DNA of 63,926 nucleotides, filler included, from an uncultured bacterium (GCA_964372275.1; 3 parts of 3 records of this genome joined end to end with filler, not necessarily neighbours in it), one strand, 5' to 3'. Positions 1 through 10,479 are shown, counted from the whole stretch's first letter. The notes: generated by a model from the sequence alone, not told the origin. Made by a program: numbers and translations.

Positions 1-458
1 TTGTCCTCGGGGTCGCCCAACCCGTAGAGGCACGACACGCTCGAGACGACGATCGCGTCGCGGCGCGACACGACGGCGCTCGTGGCCGAGAGGCGCAGGC
101 GGTCGAGGTCGTTGTTGATCGAGGCGTCCTTCTCGATGTAGATGTCGCGCTGCGGGATGTACGCCTCGGGCTGGTAGTAGTCGTAGTAGCTGACGAAGTA
201 CTCGACGGCGTTCTCCGGGAAGAGCGCCTTGAACTCGCCGTAGAGCTGCGCGGCGAGCGTCTTGTTCGGCGCGATCACCAGCGCCGGCCGGTCGACCGCC
301 GCGATCACGTGCGCCATCGTCATCGTCTTCCCGGAACCGGTCACCCCCAAGAGCGTCTGGTGCTTCGCCCCGGCGAGGATCCCGTCGGCGAGCGCCCGGA
401 TCGCCGCCGGCTGGTCCCCTTTCGGCGTGAGGTCGCCGGCGATGCGGAAGGACGACAT
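1..458 (-). CDS. uvrB: Excinuclease ABC subunit B, N-terminal part (runs off the window start)
   Basis: Manual translation from ATG 458: [20 protein letters not shown]...[10 protein letters not shown]...[14 protein letters not shown]...[16 protein letters not shown]...SVSCLYGLG, which are the UvrB motifs. Not listed in the ORF track because it is open-ended. Confidence 0.97.
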   Translation of the reverse strand, partial: MSSFRIAGDLTPKGDQPAAIRALADGILAGAKHQTLLGVTGSGKTMTMAHVIAAVDRPALVIAPNKTLAAQLYGEFKALFPENAVEYFVSYYDYYQPEAYIPQRDIYIEKDASINNDLDRLRLSATSAVVSRRDAIVVSSVSCLYGLGDPED

Positions 459-569
459 CCTATGGCCTCTTCTCTAGCGCGGTTTCGGGGCGCGCACAAA
501 GCGCGCGGTTGCCGCGTGCGTCCGGGTGAGCAGGTGGGCGCCGGACGAGGCGGACGCGCGGGAGGGTCG

Positions 570-830
570 ATGGCGAAGAACCGACGGATCGTACGACGCA
601 AGGTGCGGGGAGACCGGAGCCGGGACGGGAGGCGGAAGGGGACGCGCACGAGAGTCCGGCGTCGAGACGCGGTGCCCCCCCCCGCGACGGCGCCATCACG
701 CGGTGGACGGATCGTGCGGCGCGTCGAGCGGACGGCAGGCGGGCGGCCGGTGACGCTGCGGCGCGTGGCGGACGTGGTGCTCGGGGCGGCGGGAACCGCC
801 TACGACGCCTGGTTCCGCCGCCGCTCATAA
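570..830 (+). CDS. Small Arg-rich hypothetical protein (86 aa)
   Basis: GGAGGG Shine-Dalgarno before ATG 570; MAKNRRIVRRKVRG...AWFRRRS; fills the gap between uvrB and the next gene. Confidence 0.5.
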   Translation: MAKNRRIVRRKVRGDRSRDGRRKGTRTRVRRRDAVPPPATAPSRGGRIVRRVERTAGGRPVTLRRVADVVLGAAGTAYDAWFRRRS

Positions 831-869
831 TTCCGGGGACCCCTCCCGGGCCGCGGTAGTATCGGGCCG

Positions 870-2033
870 ATGGCGACGCGCGACACCCGAGTCGACGCGA
901 TGATTCCGGTTCGATTCGCCGACGCGGCGGAGTTCCTCGTCGAGTTCAGCGCGAACATCAGCAAAGGCGGGATCTTCGTCCGCACCTCGTCCCCGCTTCC
1001 GCTCGGAACGAAGGTGCGTCTGACCCTCGAGCTGCCGGGGACGAAGCAGTCGGTGCCGGTTCTCGGCCAGGTCGCCTTTCTGCTCACCCCCGAGCTCGCC
1101 GCGCGCCAGGGCAAGGTTCCCGGGATCGGGGTCCGCTTCACCGAGATGGAGACCGACGCGCAGCGCACCCTGGCCGCCTTCGTCGACGAGGCGACGAGAG
1201 TCTCGCGAGGCCGGGTGCTGGTGGTCGACGACGACGTGATCGAGCTGCAGGCGGCGGCGACGATCTTCCGCCGCCATTCGTTCAACGTGGTCACGGCATC
1301 GAGCGCGGTGCAGGCGCTGGAGGTGGTCCGCTACGGCGAGATCGACCTGATCGTCAGCGATCTCCACATGCCGCGCATGGACGGCTTCGAGCTGCGCGAC
1401 AACGTGCGCCGGATCCCGCACGTCGCCGAGGTCCCGTTCGTCTTCGCCTCGCTCACCGACGACCCGAACGACCGCGCCGTCGCCGCCGAGCTCGGCGTGA
1501 CCCGCTTCCTCAAGAAGCCGCTCAAGGAGGAGGCGGTGCTCACGCTGCTGAACGACCTCGCGACGCCTACGACGGCCCCCGCCACGACGGCCGCCACCGC
1601 TTCGCCGCTGGTCGCCCCCGTGGCGGCGGACTGGCCGGCGAGCCGACCGCCCGCGTCGGTCGGGGCGCCGATGGAGGAGCTCGCGTCCTTTCCGGCCGCG
1701 GCGATGCCCGACGCGGAGTCGTTCGCGCAGCTCGAGCCGTCGGTGCCACCGGAAATGGAGGACGCGCGCCGCTGGACGGCGGAGAACCTCCTCCCGTCGA
1801 CCGAGACGACGGTCACCGACGGAAGCGCCCTCTGGAGCGACAAGGGGGAGGCGCCCGCCGGCGTCGCGGTCGGCGTCGACGCGTTCGAGCCGACCGCGCC
1901 GGCCGCGCCGCTCCCGAAAGGGGACGGGACGCCGATGGTCTGCACGCTGTGCGGCGGGAGCTACACCATCGGCGACGAAGTCACCGACGAGCGAATGCTC
2001 CTCGCCTGCCCCGCCTGCATCGAAGGACGCTGA
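870..2033 (+). CDS. PilZ-like (TIGR02266-type) domain + response-regulator receiver + C-terminal zinc ribbon
   Basis: NISKGGIFV...PLPLGTKVRLTLELPG...GIGVRF (PilZ); VLVVDDD...IVSDLHMPRMDG...FLKKP (REC); Pro/Ala linker; CTLC...CPAC. Confidence 0.85.
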   Translation: MATRDTRVDAMIPVRFADAAEFLVEFSANISKGGIFVRTSSPLPLGTKVRLTLELPGTKQSVPVLGQVAFLLTPELAARQGKVPGIGVRFTEMETDAQRTLAAFVDEATRVSRGRVLVVDDDVIELQAAATIFRRHSFNVVTASSAVQALEVVRYGEIDLIVSDLHMPRMDGFELRDNVRRIPHVAEVPFVFASLTDDPNDRAVAAELGVTRFLKKPLKEEAVLTLLNDLATPTTAPATTAATASPLVAPVAADWPASRPPASVGAPMEELASFPAAAMPDAESFAQLEPSVPPEMEDARRWTAENLLPSTETTVTDGSALWSDKGEAPAGVAVGVDAFEPTAPAAPLPKGDGTPMVCTLCGGSYTIGDEVTDERMLLACPACIEGR

Positions 2034-2050
2034 CCTAGTAGGCTCGGAGC

Positions 2051-2352
2051 ATGCGACGGCTCCTTCCGGTCCTGCTGTTCATGGTCGCCTCGGCCGGGTC
2101 CGCCCGTGCCGAGGAGCGGTGGTCGATTCACGCCTCCTCGTCCGCCGGCGTCCGGATCGGGGAGTCGTCGGCCGCCGGGGCGGTCGGCCATCTCGGAGGG
2201 CGCTGGCGTGTCGGTTCGCGGTCGTGGCTCGAAGCCGAGGTCGGCGAGGGCTGGTTCGACGCGCGCGGCTCGGAGCTGACGGCGCCGATCACCTTCGGCG
2301 TGCGCCTCGAGACGCCGCGCGACGGATGGCGCGTCGGCTTGGCACTGGGCTT

Positions 2353-2356
<4 letters not shown>
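2051..2356 (+). CDS. Exported hypothetical protein, beta-strand rich with C-terminal Phe
   Basis: Signal peptide ending ARA|EE; alternating beta pattern; ends WRVGLALGF; GGAG before the ATG. Confidence 0.6.
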
Positions 2357-3813
<1,457 letters not shown>

Positions 3814-3863
3814 CGTCGTCCGATGCTAGCAAAACGACCGCGCGCGACGATATCGTGGGCCCG

Positions 3864-4463
3864 ATGCCCGACGGCGCCCCCGAGCGGAGTGAATGGTTGC
3901 GCGCGACGGGGGTGTTGGCCGCGCTGGGGGCGACGGTCGGCACGGCGCTCGACGCGATCCACACCCACACCGACACCCTCGCCTACCCCGAGCCGGCCTT
4001 CTTTCGCGAGGCGTGGTGGGTGCCGCCGCTGTTCGCCGCCGCCGGCGTCGCCATCGGACTGGCGCGGCCGCTCTGGGAAAGACTCCTCCGCCTCCGGTCG
4101 CCGCCTCCGTCCGGCCGCGTGGTCGTTCTCGGGATCGGCCTGTTCGTCCTCGCCTACGCCCTGAGCGGGCTCCTCCCCTTCCCGTGGCCGACGCGATCGC
4201 TCGTGCTCGCCGCGGTGGCGGCGGTGGCCTGGACGGTCTGCGATCGGACCGGGCTCGGGATCTTCCTCGCCGTCTCCACCGCGCTTCTGGGGACGTCGGT
4301 GGAGATCGGTCTGGTGCGCGTCGGCGCCTTCGCCTACGCGCCGGACCAACGCGACCTGGCCGGCGTCGCCGGTTGGCTTCCGTGGCTGTACGCCTCGGCG
4401 TCGATCGCGGTGGGGGCCCTGGGCAAGCGCCTCACCGACGGGGCACCCGCCTCACCATCCTGA
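3864..4463 (+). CDS. Insig-like six-TM membrane protein (resembles mycobacterial MvINS)
   Basis: About six hydrophobic helices; LGATVGTALDAIHTHTDTLAY and GTSVEIGLVRVGAFAYAPDQRDLAGVAGWLPWLY match my recollection of the bacterial Insig homolog pattern. ATG 3864 chosen because TATCGT lies 7 nt upstream. Confidence 0.7.
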   Translation: MPDGAPERSEWLRATGVLAALGATVGTALDAIHTHTDTLAYPEPAFFREAWWVPPLFAAAGVAIGLARPLWERLLRLRSPPPSGRVVVLGIGLFVLAYALSGLLPFPWPTRSLVLAAVAAVAWTVCDRTGLGIFLAVSTALLGTSVEIGLVRVGAFAYAPDQRDLAGVAGWLPWLYASASIAVGALGKRLTDGAPASPS

Positions 4464-4518
4464 GTTCCGCCGGACCCGGCACCGGCCCCGAGACCCCTGA
4501 TTTTCCGACGGAAAATCG

Positions 4519-4534
4519 CGGCATGTCCGTTGCT
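4519..4534 (+). promoter_or_regulatory. Putative sigma-54 (-24/-12) promoter of the lipase-like gene
   Basis: CGGCATG-TCCG-TTGCT (GG-N10-GC); preceded by the perfect inverted repeat GATTTTCC-gac-GGAAAATC at 4499-4517. Confidence 0.65.
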
Positions 4535-4548
4535 GCCCTTCGTCCTCG

Positions 4549-5397
4549 ATGGGAGCGAGTCGAGAACCCGCGCACCGGATTGCCGGGATCGCACGGTCGG
4601 TGGCGGTCGGGCTCACGCTGGCGATCGGCGTTTCGACCGCGGCCGCGCGCCCGCTGCCGGACGAGTGTGACCCGCCCGCGACGAAGATGGCGGAGGTCCT
4701 CGAGGCGGTGACCGACGCGGCCGAATGGGCGCCGCTCACCGACGCCGCGGTCGAATCGAACCCGCCCCTCGACGACGACGTCGCGATCCTCGTTGGCGGC
4801 ATCGATGCGCGTTCCCGCGACCTCGACGGATGGGGGCCGATCCACGCCGCCGCGGGCCTGCACGTCCTGGACTTTCCCTACGACCGGCGACGGAAGACGC
4901 TCACCGAAAACGCGGCGATCCTCCGGGCGGCGCTCCTGGCGTTGAACGCCGCCGGTGTGAAGCGCGTCACGATCAACGCCTACAGCATGGGGGGGCTCGT
5001 CACCAAGGCGGCGCTCGACTCGATGGCCGCCGACGGGACGCTGTCGCGCTTCGAGCACGTCGACTTCACCGCGCGCGGCACGCCGTGGGGGGGCTACAAC
5101 TCGGCGAACATCGCCTGGAACACGCGCTACCTCCTCGGCACGCGGTGGATTTCGCGATGGATCGGGAAGCCGATGGCGTTGGAGATGGGATCGAAGACCC
5201 CGTTCATCCGCGCGAGAGGCGCGCCCCTTCCGGACAACGTCTCGTTCCACCTGGTGGAGGGAGAGGCCGACGACATCGGCGGACCGCAGCACGAGCGGGA
5301 GAAGGCGAACTACCGCTCGGTGCAGGTGATCGCCGACGATGTCACGGTGATCGGCGGCGCCGACCACGCGGCGGTCGCGCGGCCGCGCCGCCCCTAG
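4549..5397 (+). CDS. Secreted alpha/beta-hydrolase (lipase/esterase-like)
   Basis: Signal peptide; ILVGG oxyanion-strand region; nucleophile elbow AYSMGG; GTPWGG; C-terminal ADH. Confidence 0.75.
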   Translation: MGASREPAHRIAGIARSVAVGLTLAIGVSTAAARPLPDECDPPATKMAEVLEAVTDAAEWAPLTDAAVESNPPLDDDVAILVGGIDARSRDLDGWGPIHAAAGLHVLDFPYDRRRKTLTENAAILRAALLALNAAGVKRVTINAYSMGGLVTKAALDSMAADGTLSRFEHVDFTARGTPWGGYNSANIAWNTRYLLGTRWISRWIGKPMALEMGSKTPFIRARGAPLPDNVSFHLVEGEADDIGGPQHEREKANYRSVQVIADDVTVIGGADHAAVARPRRP

Positions 5398-6626
5398 ATG
5401 GCAGTGAGGACCGCGACGGCTTCACCCTCGACGGCTTCGCCGCGGCCGACGGCGTCGAGGCCGTTTCCGGACTTGGCCTTGATCGAGACGGCGCCGACCG
5501 GCAATCGCAGCGCGTCGGCGACCGCGGCGCGCATCGCGTCGAGCGCGGAGCCCAGCTTCGGGGCGCGCAGCCAGACGGTGGCATCGACGCTGGCGACCAC
5601 GAAGCCGGCGCGCTCCGCCTCGGCACGGGCGCCGGCGAGGATCGCGAGCCCCGTGATGCCGAGCGTCTCCTCGGCGTCGTCCGGGAACAGCCGCCCGAGG
5701 TCCCCCGCCGCCGCCGCGCCGACGACGGCGTCGGCGATGGCGTGGCAGAGGGCATCGCCATCGGAGTGGCCGAGCGGTCCGACCTCGGAGGGGAACGTGA
5801 CGCCCGCGAGCACGAACGGACGACCGGCCACGAGCGGATGCTTGTCACGCCCGAAACCGACGCGTGAGACGGGGACCGACGCCCCTCCGGCCAGCCGCAC
5901 CGTCCGCGCCGGATCCGCCCCCGCGACCCAACGCTCCGCCAACGCCAGGTCTTCCGGCCCGGTGATCTTGAGGTTGGCCGGCTCACCCGCCACGACCGTC
6001 ACCGTTCCGCCGATCCGTTCGACGAGCGCGGCGTCGTCGGTCGCCTCCTCGCCGCGCACGCCCGCCGCCTCGTGCGCGCGCCGCAGCAGATCGGCACGAA
6101 ACGCCTGCGGCGTCTGCACCCGCCACAACCCGTCCCGCGAGACCGTTTCCCGCACCGACCGGTCGTCGCCCACCCGCTTGAGCGTGTCGTCGACCGGAAG
6201 CGCGGCGACGGCCGCACCGTGCGCGCGAGCCGCGCCGATCGTCGCCGAGAAGAGCGACGCCGACGCCAGCGGGCGGGCGGCGTCGTGCACCACCACCACC
6301 TCCAGGCCGGGTGAGAGGACGGCGAGCGCGTTCGCGACGCTCCGCGTGCGCGTCTCCCCCCCTTCGACCACCGCCCTCACCTTCCCGATTCCGGTCGCTT
6401 CGCGACGCGCCAGGTCCTGGAGCGGCGCCGACGCCGAGACGACGATCTCCCCGATCTCCGGAGCCGCCGCCGCGGCGAGCAGGCTGCGGCGAAGCAGGGT
6501 GGTCCCCGCCAGCGGAAGGAACTGCTTGGGCCGATCGCCGCCGAACCGGGCGCCCGTCCCGCCGGCGGCGATCACGCACCCGGCGGTGGGAACGGTCGGT
6601 CGCACCGCGACACCATAGCCTGTCAC
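5394..6626 (-). CDS. ispDF: Bifunctional IspD/IspF (MEP cytidylyltransferase / MEcPP synthase)
   Basis: AAGGTGARFGGDRPKQF, VVHDAARP, QTPQAF, TDDA, NLKITGPEDL (IspD); GFGRDKH, GHSDGDALCHA (IspF). Start codon uncertain. Confidence 0.93.
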   Translation of the reverse strand: MTGYGVAVRPTVPTAGCVIAAGGTGARFGGDRPKQFLPLAGTTLLRRSLLAAAAAPEIGEIVVSASAPLQDLARREATGIGKVRAVVEGGETRTRSVANALAVLSPGLEVVVVHDAARPLASASLFSATIGAARAHGAAVAALPVDDTLKRVGDDRSVRETVSRDGLWRVQTPQAFRADLLRRAHEAAGVRGEEATDDAALVERIGGTVTVVAGEPANLKITGPEDLALAERWVAGADPARTVRLAGGASVPVSRVGFGRDKHPLVAGRPFVLAGVTFPSEVGPLGHSDGDALCHAIADAVVGAAAAGDLGRLFPDDAEETLGITGLAILAGARAEAERAGFVVASVDATVWLRAPKLGSALDAMRAAVADALRLPVGAVSIKAKSGNGLDAVGRGEAVEGEAVAVLTAI

Positions 6627-6713
6627 CCCCCGTGACGGTAGCGCCCCGCCGGCGGCCCTTCCACCGGCGCGCCGGGTGCGCTATGAGGCGGCCTTCCCGA
6701 GGAGGTACGACGA

Positions 6714-7130
6714 ATGGACCCCCGAACCGCCCGACCCGCCGGACCACGCCGCTTCGAACCCGGATCGTTCCTCCTGGGGGCCGCGCTCGCGACGCTCCTC
6801 TTTTCGTTCACCCGACCGGCGGCGGCGATCGACCTCGGCGCCATCGCCAAGTCGGTGACCAACCTGATCCGGATCAAGAAGGACCTCGACGGCGACATCA
6901 AAGCCCTCACCTCCGACGCGAAGACGTTGCTCGCGGACAAGGAGAGTCTGCTGCAGATCAAGGAACAGCTCGTCCGTCTTTCGACCGAGACGCGGGCGCA
7001 GATCGACTCCGTCTCGACGCTCGTCGGCGTGGTCGAGGGCCACCTCAAGGCGACCCAGGCCGACATCACCAAGACGGCCACCCACGTCAATCAGATCGAC
7101 GACGTGCGCAAGGCGCTCGAAGGCAAATAG
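6714..7130 (+). CDS. Exported alpha-helical/coiled-coil hypothetical protein
   Basis: GAGGAGG Shine-Dalgarno; signal peptide ending AAA; heptad-like helical body. Confidence 0.75.
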   Translation: MDPRTARPAGPRRFEPGSFLLGAALATLLFSFTRPAAAIDLGAIAKSVTNLIRIKKDLDGDIKALTSDAKTLLADKESLLQIKEQLVRLSTETRAQIDSVSTLVGVVEGHLKATQADITKTATHVNQIDDVRKALEGK

Positions 7131-7155
7131 GATGCGCCACCTTCTCGGAGGAACC

Positions 7156-9276
7156 ATGACCACGACGACGCGAAGCCTCGCCCTCCTCGTCCTCGCCCTC
7201 GGCCTCGGAAGCGGTTGCGCGCCGAAAGCGGAGCGCGGCGTCACGGCGCACGCGAGTCCGAAACCGGCCGCCGCCGCCGCGCCCATCGCGCGCGTCGACG
7301 TCGACCCGCTCGACGTGACCTGGAGCCCCGAGGAGATGTCGTCGGCGTGCACCGCCGCGGAAAGCGAGGCCGACGCGCGCCTCGCGAGCCTGGTGGCGAT
7401 CCCGGACGCGGACCGCACCTTCCAGAACACGGCGCTGGCGCTGGAGAGCGCGACCGCCGACTACGCCGAGAAGGTCGCCCGCCTCACCTTCATGAAGAGC
7501 GTGCATACCGACGCGGCGGTGCGCGAGGCGGCCGGCCGGTGCGAGGAGCGCGCCGGGAAGTACGCCGTCGCCCTCGGCGCACGCAAGGACCTCTACAAGG
7601 CGATGAAGGGATGGTTGGCCAACCCGCGCGCGCGGGAGGCGCTCGACGCCGAACAGAAGAAGCTGGTCGACGTCACGATGCGCGACTTCCGCCGAAACGG
7701 GCTGGAGCTCGCGGACAGCGAGCGCGAGAAGCTGGTCGCGATCCGCCAGCGCATCACCGAGCTGGAGACGAAGTTCTCCACCCATCTCACCGAGGACAAG
7801 AGCTCGATCGAGCTCACCAAGGCCGAGCTCGCCGGCATGACCGACGAGTTCCTCGCGCGCCTGAAAAAGACGCCGGCGGGCAAGTACGTCGTCACCACCA
7901 AGTACCCCGACTACTACCCCGTCCTGGAGAACGCGACGGTGGAGGCCACCCGGCGGAAGCTCGAGGTCGCCTTCATGAACCGCGGCGGGCCCGAGCAGAT
8001 CGCGCTGCTGGACGAAGCGGTGAAGCTGCGCCAGCAGGCGGCCCGGATGCTGCGCTACGCCACGCACATGGACTACGTCGCCGAGCCGAGGATGGCGCGG
8101 GACGCCAAGACGGTCGGCCTCTTCATCGACCGGATGAGGGCGGGGCTGGCCCCGGGTCTCACGGCCGAGCGGGAGAAGATGCAGGCGCTCAAGGCGAAAG
8201 AGACCGGGAAGAAGGACGCGAAGATCCACGCCTGGGATTGGCGCTACTACCTGAACCGCATCAAGCGGACGGAGTACGCCATCGACGACGAACAGATCCG
8301 CGCCCACTTCCCCACCGACAAGGTGATGGCCGGGATGTTCGAGGTCTACGAGCGTCTCTTCGGGATCGACATCCAGGAGGATCCCGCGGCGCCGGTGTGG
8401 GCCGACGGAGTGAAGCACTACCAGGTGATCGACGCGACGACGCACGAGCGCATCGCGCGCTTCTACGTCGATCCGTTCCCCCGGGACGGGAAGTACGGCC
8501 ATGCCGCCGAGTTCGGCCTCTCCACCGGCCGCGAGACTGCGCGTGGCTACAAGATTCCGTTCGCGGCCCTGGTGATGAACTTCAGCCCACCGTCGGACGG
8601 CGAACCCTCGCGGCTCAAGTTCGAGGAGGTGCGGACGCTGTTCCACGAGTTCGGCCACGTGATGCACGAATCGCTGACGACCGCGCGCTACGCGACGCTG
8701 TCCGGGACCAACGTCGCCCGCGACTTCGTCGAGGCCCCGTCGCAGATGCTCGAGAACTGGATCTACCGGCCGGAGGTCCTCGCGCTGCTCTCGGCGAGCC
8801 CGACCGACCCGTCGAAGCCGCTGCCGCCCGAGCTGGCGCAGAAGCTGATCGCCGCGCGCCGCTACAACGCCGGCACCCACTACAGCCGCCAGGTCTTCCT
8901 CGCCTCCTTCGACCGCGCCCTGCACGCCTCCATCCAGCCGCCGGGGGCGGAGCAGATCTCCCGCGACCTGTGGGCCATGATCCTGGGCTTCGACGAGGAC
9001 CCCAAGAGCCGGTTCCCCGGCACGTTCGGCCACATGATGGGGGGCTACGACGGCGGCTACTACGGCTACCTGTGGAGCGAGGTCTTCGCCGCCGACATGT
9101 TTACCCGCTTCCAGGCGGAAGGGGTCTTGAATCCGACCGTCGGCCGCGCCTACCGCGACATCATCCTGGCGCGCGGCCGCGTCGAGGAGCCGGACGTCCT
9201 GCTCAAGCGGTTCCTCGGTCGCGAGCCGAACGAGGAGGCGTTCCTCCTCCTCACCGGAATCAAGAAGTCGAGCTGA
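7156..9276 (+). CDS. M3 family metallopeptidase (thimet oligopeptidase-like), lipoprotein
   Basis: GGAGGA Shine-Dalgarno; lipobox LGSGC; TLFHEFGHVMH, DFVEAPSQMLENW, GYYGYLWSEV. Confidence 0.95.
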   Translation: MTTTTRSLALLVLALGLGSGCAPKAERGVTAHASPKPAAAAAPIARVDVDPLDVTWSPEEMSSACTAAESEADARLASLVAIPDADRTFQNTALALESATADYAEKVARLTFMKSVHTDAAVREAAGRCEERAGKYAVALGARKDLYKAMKGWLANPRAREALDAEQKKLVDVTMRDFRRNGLELADSEREKLVAIRQRITELETKFSTHLTEDKSSIELTKAELAGMTDEFLARLKKTPAGKYVVTTKYPDYYPVLENATVEATRRKLEVAFMNRGGPEQIALLDEAVKLRQQAARMLRYATHMDYVAEPRMARDAKTVGLFIDRMRAGLAPGLTAEREKMQALKAKETGKKDAKIHAWDWRYYLNRIKRTEYAIDDEQIRAHFPTDKVMAGMFEVYERLFGIDIQEDPAAPVWADGVKHYQVIDATTHERIARFYVDPFPRDGKYGHAAEFGLSTGRETARGYKIPFAALVMNFSPPSDGEPSRLKFEEVRTLFHEFGHVMHESLTTARYATLSGTNVARDFVEAPSQMLENWIYRPEVLALLSASPTDPSKPLPPELAQKLIAARRYNAGTHYSRQVFLASFDRALHASIQPPGAEQISRDLWAMILGFDEDPKSRFPGTFGHMMGGYDGGYYGYLWSEVFAADMFTRFQAEGVLNPTVGRAYRDIILARGRVEEPDVLLKRFLGREPNEEAFLLLTGIKKSS

Positions 9277-9328
9277 GCGGCGGTGGGAGTCCCGACCGGA
9301 ACGTCGGTCTTCTCGGAGGCTTCGAACG

Positions 9329-9706
9329 ATGGACATCGGCGTCTTGGTCCCCGTGGAAACGCTGCGGCGCGTGAAAGACGAGGTCTACGCGCGCATCGCA
9401 CGGTTGACGCCGCCGGTCGTTCCTCTCGAAGAGGGGGCGGTCGGCGAGGCGCTCGCTTGGGCGTTGCTGTTCGAGCATTGGCCGGAGCGGGTCCCCGGCC
9501 CTCCCCTCGATCGCGCCGAGTCCTTCTACAACCGGTACTTCTGGTTCAAGCGCTTTGCCGCCCTCCAGCAGAAGCGGAACGGCCCGGATGCCGCCCTGGA
9601 GCAGCAGGTGTTCAAGCTGCTCGAAGAGGTCGAGCGGCTCGACGTCGACCCCGATTGGGCGCTGATCGAACGCCTGGACGCGGAGGCCGCGAACGTCCCG
9701 GCCTGA
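9329..9706 (+). CDS. Hypothetical protein (125 aa)
   Basis: GGAGG Shine-Dalgarno; globular helical composition; its stop codon lies inside repeat copy 1. Confidence 0.75.
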   Translation: MDIGVLVPVETLRRVKDEVYARIARLTPPVVPLEEGAVGEALAWALLFEHWPERVPGPPLDRAESFYNRYFWFKRFAALQQKRNGPDAALEQQVFKLLEEVERLDVDPDWALIERLDAEAANVPA

Positions 9707-9738
9707 CGGCGCGATCATGCGGTCGTGGAGACCGCGAA
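9698..9738. repeat. 41-bp direct repeat, copy 1
   Basis: CCGGCCTGACGGCGCGATCATGCGGTCGTGGAGACCGCGAA; 40/41 identical to 10439-10479. Confidence 0.95.
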
Positions 9739-9792
9739 TTTTCTCCCCCCGCGCGAGACCCCGGACTCGTGTCCAGCAGAGGAAGGTTGGGA

Positions 9793-10245
9793 ATGGCGAG
9801 GACGGGAACGGTGGACCGGCTTTCGATCGGCGCCGACGGAGAGACGACCGAGCGTCCACTGGAACTTCTCGAGGTGATCCTGACGGACCGGTCCGACCGG
9901 CCGGAACGCTTCATGCTGCGCGGCGAGGGGGTGTCCTTGGTGGGTACGCTGCCACCCTGCGCTCGCGTCGGATATCGACAGCAATGGAGATCGCTTCGCG
10001 GCGAGCACCTCTCCGTCGAGAGTGCACTGGAAATCCCGGGTGAGGGAGAGCGCTACTCCTTTGTCGAGACCTCCCACGGTCGGATCGACGTCGCCAGTGG
10101 CGACCTTTGCGTGCGAAGAGTCGCCGGTCCATTGCGACACGAGCCGACGCTCCAGGGGGACCTGCGACTGGTCGAGGGGAGATCGGAAGTCTCCAAGCGC
10201 ATCTGGACCGGAACGTTTTCGGTGAAAGCCGTGACGGTGGGCTGA
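9793..10245 (+). CDS. Hypothetical protein (150 aa) between the direct repeats
   Basis: GAGGAAGG upstream of ATG 9793; MARTGTVDRLSIG...WTGTFSVKAVTVG; more A/T-ending codons than the flanking core genes. Confidence 0.65.
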   Translation: MARTGTVDRLSIGADGETTERPLELLEVILTDRSDRPERFMLRGEGVSLVGTLPPCARVGYRQQWRSLRGEHLSVESALEIPGEGERYSFVETSHGRIDVASGDLCVRRVAGPLRHEPTLQGDLRLVEGRSEVSKRIWTGTFSVKAVTVG

Positions 10246-10438
10246 CCGCGCGGCGATGTGCGTCGTCCAGCGTCCGGGAGAAGACCGGCTCGGGGACGCA
10301 GGTCCCGCAGAGTTTGACATGGATGCTGCCGGGCGCAGTGGGCTGGGCGCCCATTCTCGCGGGCATTGGAAACACGGTCCGCCCGCACGCGCACACCGCC
10401 GGCGCCGGCGCGACCCGTTCGACGTTGCTCGTCGGCGG

Positions 10439-10479
10439 CCGGCCTGACGGCGCGATCATGCGGTCGTGGAGTCCGCGAA
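10439..10479. repeat. 41-bp direct repeat, copy 2
   Basis: CCGGCCTGACGGCGCGATCATGCGGTCGTGGAGTCCGCGAA; contains the stop codon of the minus-strand gene 10456-11382. Confidence 0.95.

Noticed and set aside
9698..10479. Direct repeats as a CRISPR array or integron attC sites
   Set aside because: Only two copies 700 bp apart, no cas genes or integrase, and no RYYYAAC/GTTRRRY ends.
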